The notes under the pieces are model-generated. The model was not told the DNA's origin. It worked only from the letters and a program-made list of their open reading frames with translations, and did no database searches. The position numbers and the translations under genes are program-made. A stretch of 64,000 bases of DNA from Enoplolaimus lenunculus (taxonomy: Eukaryota): contig JASANG010003765.1 in the NCBI GenBank assembly GCA_030248215.1, positions 186,001 to 250,000 of the forward strand. Direction: 5' to 3'. Positions 54,801-64,000 of this stretch are shown here, in pieces (position 1 is the stretch's first letter; each line of letters begins with the position of its first letter).

Positions 54801-55899
54801 GCCTTCAAGTGACGACATGTCTCCGAGATCTGCCATGGCAACGCAAGCCAATCCCAGTGCTCAAACTGCTTCCTTTTCGCCGACTGGTGACGTAGAAAAA
54901 GATAAAAAGATTAAAACAATTACCAAGGTACGCGAAGCGTTTTACTTTAGGAACATTATGTAGAATAAAGTTTTTGTTTATTGGTTAACATTAAATTTTT
55001 GAAAATGAAGCCAAAAGTATGAGTTGCTTATAATTTTTTCAACTGTGTTCTTTGGCGCCAGCGATAAATATGCCTTGTACTGCGTATTTGCAAGTAAATC
55101 GAGGTGGATGCGCTGTTGCTTTGCCTTGCACTTGAGAGACTTCCAAATTTTTTTCACTGAATTGCAATTTTTGAAAATGCTTTTATCTTGTGTTCCAGAA
55201 AATCCAACAGATCGAGAATCTTAAACAGATGCAAGCCGAAGGAAAAAGGTTAGAAATCAATCAGGTAAGTTACCGGAGTTATAGTTTGGGAACATCTGTT
55301 ATTATATATTAGGAACTGGTGTTTATGTTTATAAGAACGTTTAGTTTTTTATAAATTTGCTACTTAGAAACAATATTAGTGAGCATTTGTCTACCAACAG
55401 TTTTCATACCAAGCTTCAGCGCTCAACTTTCAAACTTTAAATATGCAAACCTTGTTCTGATGGATAATGGGTCGCCCACGTCAAAATACACGCAGCTCGG
55501 TAAAAAATTTTCAACCCTCCCACACTGGAACAGCGTACAAACAAATACCTAAGTTAGGAACTTGGGAGTGTTCGTAATATACTTTCTAGCACGCTTTATT
55601 GCTAGTTTGTAAAGGGGGTGTATGGACAAATGAAGGGTTTTTCGGAAGTACGTACATTTGGAATCGCCTCAAGCAGCAAAAGAATAAAACGCGTTTAAAA
55701 GGGTAGGACAAATTTTATGAAACGGTGCGCCTTAACGTGGACGACCCATAGTAATTTTTGGTACTTTTTCCGTTTAAAAGACCTAGCTTATTTTAAACAT
55801 AGTGTTATTTTGTATAGTGAGGAAATTATTCGTTTATAGCTAGAAAAGCTGAAGAAAGAAGAAGAACTGGTCACCGAATTGCAGTTGCTACAGCTATAA
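45876..55899 (+). CDS. EIF2A: Eukaryotic translation initiation factor 2A (WD40 beta-propeller), 622 aa, 17 exons
   Basis: Exons 45876-45903, 46473-46545, 47076-47153, 47324-47445, 48062-48164, 48398-48590, 48984-49143, 49863-49982, 50338-50406, 50776-50877, 51507-51684, 52468-52664, 53247-53360, 54226-54278, 54775-54927, 55199-55264, 55840-55899, totalling 1869 nt in frame. Hallmark motifs: KSFFKSD, DVDESGASYYGEQTLY, FCVVYGTMPAKATLY, GFGNLRG, ATTAPRLRVNNG, AYVPPH and the C-terminal KIQQIENLK...LEINQLEK. Confidence 0.97.
49269..49452 (+). repeat. Degenerate tandem duplicate of the EIF2A exon 7 3' end and intron start
   Basis: Aligns with 49071-49263. It has an 8-nt deletion, and the donor GT is changed to TT. 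Confidence 0.9.
50878..51506 (+). other. U12-type (minor spliceosome) AT-AC intron in EIF2A
   Basis: The intron starts ATATCCTTTT and ends TTTAAC, with branch-like TTTCCTTAGT at 51476-51485. Removing it gives ...HYSPFGNIIALCGFGNLRGDIECW. Confidence 0.93.
52296..52367 (+). tRNA. tRNA-Pro (anticodon AGG), intronic in EIF2A intron 11
   Basis: 72-nt cloverleaf: acceptor GGCTACG/CGTAGCC, D-arm TGGTCTAGTGGTATGATT, anticodon arm CTCGC-TTAGGGT-GCGAG, T-arm CCGTG-TTCAACT-CACGG. Confidence 0.96.
52372..52376 (+). terminator. Pol III oligo-T terminator of tRNA-Pro
   Basis: TTTTT begins 5 nt after the tRNA 3' end. Confidence 0.75.
53499..53781 (-). mobile_element. piggyBac-like MITE with tRNA-like segment (copy 2), in EIF2A intron 13; adjacent partial copy at ~53390-53466
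   Basis: TTAA at 53495-53498 and 53782-53785. The reverse complement aligns along its length with 21455-21716, including GCTCCTATAGCTGAGTGG...CTGGAGTTCGAATC. Confidence 0.8.
54389..54533. repeat. 24-bp CpG-rich palindromic minisatellite (AACCGCGGTCGCAGTCGCRGTT..) ~6 copies
   Basis: AACCGCGGTC at 54441, 54465, 54489 and 54513. Located in EIF2A intron 14. Confidence 0.9.
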
Positions 55900-56516
55900 C
55901 GTGATACACTATTGTTTCTTTCTACATTTGAACTGATTGAATATAATCCTCCATTTTAGGATGCTTTGAGTTTACTTTTTACGTAACACTACAGCCATTT
56001 ATGATAGCCAAGTCACGGATACCTTGAGCACAAAGTTATAAGAAAATATAGCAAACAGATGCTAAAATTAGGCTTCATTAAAATTTTGTTTTTACACTAT
56101 AATACTGCCGTACTGACTATGGTGATTGGTATATGTAGTTGCACCATGGCGTAATCAGGAAACAACGTCGTGTTCAATGTCTCGTTGACTGTTGTTGAAT
56201 GTTGGTGCATATTTGCAAAATTTTTATCGTTACGTTTGGTTTGAAAAACCTTTTTGTTGTGTTGTTGGACTGAGCGATGTAATTTCTGTGTACTTTATAG
56301 TGGCATTGTATAATTAATGTGGCCAACGTACAGGGGTGAAGGATTATGTCCCGTCCGCGCCCTGAAGCCAATTTGCTTCAAAGCCCCCTTATACGACAGT
56401 TATGTTAAGGACTGAGGGTTCAATGTGTACGTCACGCACAGAATAACAGCCAAAAGTTTGCAATAATCGTTTTTGTTGATCAAATCTTGCACAATTTTCA
56501 CTGAACGGAAACTATT

Positions 56517-59500
56517 TTACTCGTACGTAAAAAGATCAAACGTAGAAAATGCGATCAAGAAAGCGGCTAACAGTGCTGTAAAACTCAGTGGCTGAACAAT
56601 CCCTTGGCAATTGCGGTAGGCATATTTTGAGTTCCAATCTTGTTCAAATGTATCTTGCGCGACGGTTATCAGCGGATTAGGTTCTGAATTGTACGGTTTG
56701 ACTACGAATCCAATCCCAGCCGTATCAATAAAATAATCACCAATCCAATTAGATGTCCCTAAAAGTACAGCTATAGTGAATGTCTGGCATTTTAAACTTA
56801 TTTTCATAGTGACAGTTGTTGCGAAGCCGGAAAGCCATGCATACACAATTTTCGAAAACCCACTACCAAAAGCACGGCCGTAACCAGTTCAACATGCCAA
56901 GAGCGGGCTAAAATATTAGGGATGGCATTCAACAGTTTCAGATGACTGTCAAGCGAGGTTGAAGTTTGGGTCTGAACCTCACTGGGATTCATGTAGTGCG
57001 CATATATACAGAATCTTGGCAAAAGTCGACACTAATACAACATTGACACTTTGTTCATAAAGGTCGACACGCCAAAAGTGCAGCGCTGTGCATTTTGATA
57101 CATACGTGGAACAAGTTTACGATAGTTCGTGCGACTAAAAGGTGTGCTAAAAGTGTGTCAAAAACTTAAAAACCAGTTCGAATTACTGCATTAGCGATAC
57201 TGCTCGCTCAGCCATAACTAAATGGGATTTGCATTATTTGAGTAAAATAGATAAATGACCCAATAGTTGTTCTATGCCGCTAACCGGTTTTAACCACAAT
57301 CACAACTTTACTGTATCCCGACAGGCCGACAATTCGACTACGGTTTCAGTTTTCTGTGAAAACATTAATATTGCGTCCTCACTGATTATTGGAAATAAAG
57401 ACCAGTTTTAAGACTTGTACTGGAAAATAATACAAATTTATTGACGTTTTTACCCTGCCTGACTCATGCATGCAATAGCTTCATTCTTTTTACAAAATTT
57501 GCTTTACCAATATACGCAGCATTTTCGGTCACCATATATTTGTTGTGATTGACACGAGCAAACGGTATCTCAGCTTGAGAAGCATTCGACGGAACTTGAA
57601 AAAACTTCTACAAAATTATGACTGAATTTCTAATATATTTTCTGACGTACGGCTGTTATTGTGAACAGGTTTTACTAACATTTGGGGATAATCAACTTTA
57701 TTATTATTGGCTTGAACTAACAAAACAAATAAACACACCTCTATCGTGGTACCTTAAGGGTACGCGGCACTTATATGGCGATACATGATTGCACTGAAAT
57801 TTGATATTTTTGTGTAAAGTTAAGGAGTATGTGTTTAGTTAACATTAATATAGAAAATATCGCCCTTGAGTTTGAATGCGAAAAAAGCGTTTATAACTTT
57901 ATACCAATGAAAAAATAGCCGGATGAAAATAGCATTTTCACAAATATATTAAAAGCGTTTTTTCAATAGCGTATAGCTACGGTAGCTAATCAGTCCAGAG
58001 TTCAACTCACAAAAAAGCGTTTTGAAACACGCTGTGTAAATTCGAAAGGCGTTTAAAATAGCGATTTATTTTTGTCGCGCTAACGAAAATTCTAACTAAA
58101 ATTTAATAAGGTTCCGTCTTTTTACCACATCAATCGATCCACTCCGATACTTGAGCGTTGATCCTGTCTCAATGAGACTATTTGCGAATCCGATTGTTTC
58201 AAATTTGGTATGATTCCAATAGCTGATTAGCAATTTCACGCTGACTCCACGGTCGATTGCAGCTGATTTCAGTGCATCATCGATCACCGACCAAAACCTA
58301 AATTATTTGAGAACTAAAATTTGAAACTTTATCGTTCTATTACAAAACATCTTTGACCGTGATTAGCGACAAATTCAAGGATTTTTGACATCATATTACA
58401 AAAGACACGTTGCCAAGGTGCATGTCTTAAAGGATTTTTAAACCTCTCTTGTAATCCACGAGTAGATGTGCTCATATTTTCATGCCAGATATCTAGCGCA
58501 CCGGTATACCTACTCGAATTTTATAATCAAACCAGAATCGACCAATCAAATTGTTTTCATAAAAAAAATTTTCCGTTTACAATATGCATTAATAATAAAC
58601 AAAAACTATAATAACTTATACATTTGTCGTGACCCTCTCTCCAAAGCAAACTCCTGGTTCCACTCATTCTCGAGATGCCTGTCAGTGAGCGAAGATCAGG
58701 CTCCGCAGCTATCATGCGGCGAATAATAAAGCTTCAAATCAAAAAATTGGAGCCCACAATACAGTTCCATCAGCTCACCGGTACTGTTTATTGCGAGAAT
58801 AAAAATCAGCTAGTGGTAGATAGTCCATAACTGCGATATGTACGAATTGTTGCGCTTCTGAAATCAGTTTTGTTATTGCATCGATATCGTTTTCTCGTCC
58901 GTCACCTTTGAATTTAGGGGGCGAACTCTAAAATACCAAACGCTAACATTTCAATATTTTTAGTGTCAAACAAATCGCCCAACCAAGCCATAAAGCGGTA
59001 CCAAAAAAGCAGGGCAATATTTACGAACCTTAACGAAATAACTATTCTAAGTTGAGGTTTAAGAAATTGACGGAATACTGAAAGCGATTTATACAGGTCC
59101 TTAGCCAGATGAGGAGCAGGAGGGCTTAGCCCTCGTAGAAAGATCTGGCCCCCTAAAAAGTTTTAGTCTTTTCAAAAGTATTGACGACCGAGTGTAGCGC
59201 GCAAGACGCGAAGTTTTGACCTCTGCAGGTTATTCTACAGTCTGAAAAAGTGCTGCTTTTTTCAGTCTTCCGAAATTACGGGAATATATTCCCCTTGTAT
59301 GCGATCCTGTATAACATTACCGGGCCATGTTACATTAAGGGGCATCCAGGTTTCTGGTGGGTCTATAAAAGCGTAGGTTTAGATCTAGACTACATTTTTT
59401 GCTTAGGCTTAGGTTTAGGAACTCATTTTTGCGACGCTTAGGCTTAGAAATACGCTTCATCTACTGTTACGCCCCTTAAGGTAACATTGGCCACATTACC

Positions 59501-62500
59501 GATAAGTAAACTTTGCTCAATGTTCCATTGATGCGTACAACGTTTGGGTTGGAATGATTGTAACACGTTGAATACGACTCCGGCCACGGAGAAGGTAATG
59601 GTGGATTGGCCGGATCCGCCATATACCAGTACGAAAGCCAAATATTATGCAAATCGCTGGCTAGACAGCTACAGTTGAAGCCTGTGACACCCATTTCTTT
59701 TATCTGAAACAATAAATTTAAACTTAAAGTTGCGCTATACTTGTCGTTCGGCGCCATCCGTCAACCTTGCGCCATGCGTTGCCGTCCGTCACAATACGGT
59801 ATATAGCTCTACCGTGACGGATGGTGACGGACGGTGTCCGGATGTCATCAAAAGTATAGTCCTGCCAATAGGGTCACTTTTTGGATTGTTTGTTTTCTAA
59901 TGTTACTCCTGTCAGGTCGAAAGAAATCTTTAAAAGTACTCAGTTTTACTTATACTTTGCGCTGTTACATAACTATGGCTATGGTAGGTACTCATCGAAA
60001 TATGTTAGGCTTAGGATTTGGTGATTGTTTAATTTTTAACTGTTATTTGCATCATATCAAAAATAAGCTGAAAAGTAACCAATTATATATACTTCTTTTT
60101 TCAGAAGCTTACATGACAATAATATAGGAAGCAATTTCTGTTCTAGAATAGGTAATGCATAGGCTCACGTTTAGGACTGTTTCAATTCGCATAAACTATA
60201 TACAAACTTTCACTTCTATTTTGGAGCACAATAAAAAAACTGCAATAAATTTGTTCATCCAATTTTTCTGCTTCAACGTTTACCCTAATCCTTACCTACG
60301 CCTAACCCATTACATAAATGTTTGCCTAAACCTACGAAGCGTAAGTCTAAGCCTGGACCATAAACGTGGAGGCCAAGTGTAAAAAAATCCCACAGCTTCT
60401 ACTCACATCAACGAGTTAATTCGGGAACACAAAGATTTTTTTCTGAGAGTGACAAACAGAGGCGCAGGAGATCCGGTAGCCCAAAACGAAGGAAGACATA
60501 AAAAACTTTCGAGATTGATTCGGTCCTGTACGAATGCAGTCTTTTGTACACAGCTAAGAGTCAAATCAGAAGTACAGAAGATTTTAAAAAGAAGCAAGCG
60601 AAGCAAGTCAGAAGCCGACGTGTTTTTTCTATTGAATGTTTTAAATTTCAATATATCAGCGACATCTCTATATTTTGGTAGAGGTTGTGACTAACACCCC
60701 GGACGTCGATGTTCATGCTAGTCTACGTTACTTGAGTTAGCGAGCGCCAATCCATATTAGCAGAACCAATATAAAAATGCTTTTGATCTCCAATCCAGGC
60801 CTTCGAGTGCAAAACTCCACCACCAAGGATTCGAGTCAAATTCAATGACCGTACAGTGCTTAAGCCTAAAAATTAGTCTTAAAATTTAGTGATATCACTG
60901 CGTTTCTTAGATAATTTTACTGTACGATAAAGTTATATACGTATTGTGATTACAAGTTCAACTGCTTTATTTAAGTCAAAGGTATATGTTAAACTTTAAC
61001 TGGATTGGTGTGATGTGATATGAAAATTTGTTCGTCATAAAAATATGCACGCGCGGGTATATTTTTATGTGAAAATTTGCAGGAGATAACATATTTTCTT
61101 AGGACAAATATTTTATTATACTGAAATTACATAACCGTCAACTAGTGGTGTAACCAAGATTTCATTTCAGAATGGTATGTATAACCTTAGGTAAAAGAAA
61201 ATTTTTTATCATAACGATCCTTTACGGGAAAAAGTCTTTGGGGCGAGGGGTCTTCAACGGAATAGGAATTCGTAGAAGGATATTTAGGAAAATCATTCGC
61301 TATTTTGTAGAATCTAAACAAGGACTTTAGGTCTGCTTTGCAGTATACGGAGATTAATCAGGTGATGGCGCTGTAATACACACATTATATGCCATCTTCT
61401 TCTCCGTCTATCTATCTATCTCTTCCCTGCTGTATATACACTCTTGCTGTCGAATTGACAAAAAAATTTACAGAAATACGACTAAATAGGTATTTACTTC
61501 ATTTACCCAGCTTCTGAAGTAGTGCTGAGTCTGAATCGCCCATTGAACCAGGTACATTCTGTGCAATACGAATATGTCGACCTTTTTTTGCAATTTCAAC
61601 CAGTTTCTCAAAAATTTCATCTCCCTATAACCAAAATTTAAAACTGTTCATGTTTGACATTTTGCATAAAACATCAACGCTATTTTCGACATCTTTGACC
61701 TGATTTCTTTATATTCAAAGTACTTTATCCAACATTTTAAGTCAAGAGTCGCAACTTTTTATCTATGAGCGCTCCAACAAATTAAAAATTTAGATTTGGA
61801 TGGCAACATACAGTGATGCAAGTTATTAAACATGTGTAAAATGCCACCAAATCTTTTCGATGCAATCAGATTTCGGCCACAAAATTTGTAATGCAACACC
61901 TTACAGAGTAAAAAGATAGCCTAGAAAAGATTTTATTCTTACCGTTGCGCATGTTAGAAAGCTTGTAAATCTTTTGACAAAATTAAAAAATTGACTAAAA
62001 CTCAAAAAATAGACTATTATTAGCTGGACCAGTTTGACAAGTGCAAGTGATAGTGGCACACCACTAAGTTTCCTTAGCCATTTTATAATAAACGATGATA
62101 AATTGAGAACAAAATATTGCTTAATAGTGTTACCGTGTCACCTTATGTTTCGCTTCAACAGCCCACTACGCGGCTTCAATGTTTTTTACCAAGAAACTGA
62201 ACTTACTACTTTGGCACTTTGATCAGATGGTGTAACATCAACACTTCTCAATGTCCAATACATTGCTGCAAGATCTAACCTATCGGTAGTGGCGTCGATA
62301 ATTTGTTTCCATGAAATATCTGTAGGCAAATGGTGAACAATCGGCGATTGATACGTGAGACCTTCAGGAATGCTTACGGTAAGGGATATTCTGAATCGCC
62401 AAAAAAAATTTAAAGCAACTTAACAGCTAAATGTTTAATGTTTTCTAGGAAGACATGGCGTAGAAGTTTGGGTTTGCATATAAAATTACCACAAGATTGT

Positions 62501-62887
62501 AGTGTCATCAATGGATAATAACGAATAAAGATCTGCAACTGAGTTGAATGTGGGAAAAGTATACGAGAGCCAAATGTAAAAATGCTTACCCTATGCCTAA
62601 ATTGAAGCTGTAACGTTATTAGTGTGTGGAAATCTAGAACAATGCCATTCATTTATTAAAGAATTGGCTATAGAGCCGTATACCCTTTACCGTAACCAAT
62701 TCAGAAAAGAAAAAAATGTTCGTTGGCTTAAACATTCTACCGCCCTAAATTTATGGCCTTGTTCGATATTTTCTAACCTGCAATCATCTGGGCATACCGG
62801 TGGATCATTAGAACAATCTATGGCAGACACAGTTGTCGCAACCACATGCAGAATGCATACCAGGTTAATAACGAAGTTAAACGACAT
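56517..62887 (-). CDS. PLD3: PLD3/PLD4-family 5'-3' exonuclease (two HKD-type motifs), 470 aa, 9 exons
   Basis: Exons 62778-62887, 62207-62390, 61507-61624, 60732-60865, 59500-59703, 58779-58927, 58126-58297, 57508-57607, 56517-56758, totalling 1413 nt in frame. Motifs: [82 protein letters not shown] and FEQDWNS. Orthology to PLD3 rather than a lineage-specific paralog is not established. Confidence 0.93.
59322..59492. mobile_element. MITE of the GG-terminus/TTAGGC family inserted at the PLD3 exon-5 splice donor
   Basis: GGGCCATGTTAC ... GTAACATTGGCC with a perfect 8-bp TSD ACATTACC (59314-59321, 59493-59500). Confidence 0.88.
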
Positions 62888-64000
62888 ATTGTTTAGGATA
62901 AATGCTGATTAATGACTAACCAATGAAGTAAAATCCCCATACGTTGAACTGTCTTAAAACATTTTTTGAACGCGCATTTCATTTTCATTAATGCGAGCCG
63001 TGAATAAGTTGTGCGAAAGAAGTAGAAAGTATCATACCAAAGACCTATGACCTCCTTCGTAAGCCCTAGCCCAAGCAAAAAAATATAGTTTAAATATAAA
63101 GCTTGCTCTTTTGCAGTCGCACAGAAAAACGTATCTCCTCTGATCTTTACATGCGCCGAAGCTTACAGAAATTTAGTTTAACACCACTTTAATTATTAAC
63201 GGCTTTATTTCCGTTCGGCGTTTGCTAAAAATGGTCGGATGTTGAACAATTCCAAAATTAATTTTTAATATTTTAAAAATTCGGTTATTTCAGCCCCAAG
63301 ATTCTTCTCCCGTGGATTCGAAAAATTTGCGAAAAAAAGTTTAATAATTTATATATTATTCAATGTCGCTTGCCGAGTTGAATAAAACGGTGTTAAATTT
63401 TCAACATTGCACTAGTGGTTAACGAGTTCGAGTGGAATAACTAACTAATTTGGCTCGCTGCCAACGATCTGGAATCCTGCCCGATCAGTAAAATTTGTTT
63501 CATTGACCATTCGTCTGATCGTAAAAAAATTTAACACCATTCTACTCAATTGCTCAAGCTGCGTCGACATGAATATCTAGAATTAAGGTTATACCAAAGC
63601 CAGTTAAAACTATTAGTGTCTCTAAAAATTTCGGAAGGGCACATATCATCTTTACCCCATCCCTGCTATACGCTCGTGCGTAACATTAGCCTAAGCCTAT
63701 TTCTGTTTAAGCCTAGGCCTCAGAGTAAAGTACAATCACCGACCAAGGGACACCTGGTGTGACAGGACAACACCCTTATAAAAACTAGCGAAAACTCAAG
63801 TTTTATGATAGAATTTAAAACATTTAATGAAAAAAATGAGCGACCCTAGAGAACAATAGTGTTCGCGTCCGCGTACAAGTTATGTTAAAAGTTAAACCGT
63901 TGCTGAATGTTATGTAAATACGTCAAGGACACAACAAACTACTGTGTGCACTAAAATATATTTGTCTCCATAAATATAAAAATGCAGTAAAATGATTACT

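Overview
AT-rich, intron-dense eukaryotic (animal) genomic DNA. It is probably a nematode, most plausibly an early-branching lineage. This is inference from the nematode-like MIC10 sequence, abundant TTAGGC-type hexamers and a retained minor-spliceosome intron. I assembled four multi-exon genes by hand from splice sites with consistent phases: MICOS10 (-, 29773-31590, 4 exons), UVRAG (+, 33946-40603, 10 exons, N-terminus uncertain), EIF2A (+, 45876-55899, 17 exons) and a PLD3/PLD4-family exonuclease (-, 56517-62887, 9 exons). The terminal exon of an unidentified single-pass membrane protein lies at 1623-2008 (-). EIF2A contains an AT-AC (U12-type) intron, an intronic tRNA-Pro(AGG) and a decayed tandem copy of an exon end. 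The PLD3-like protein has an apparent signal peptide plus a GPI-like hydrophobic C-terminus instead of the usual type II anchor. Non-coding DNA is crowded with small non-autonomous DNA transposons (hAT-, Tc1/mariner-, piggyBac-, Kolobok- and Merlin/MULE-like termini) and minisatellites. Most ORFs in the supplied track are artefacts. There is no prokaryotic system, CRISPR array or autonomous transposase.
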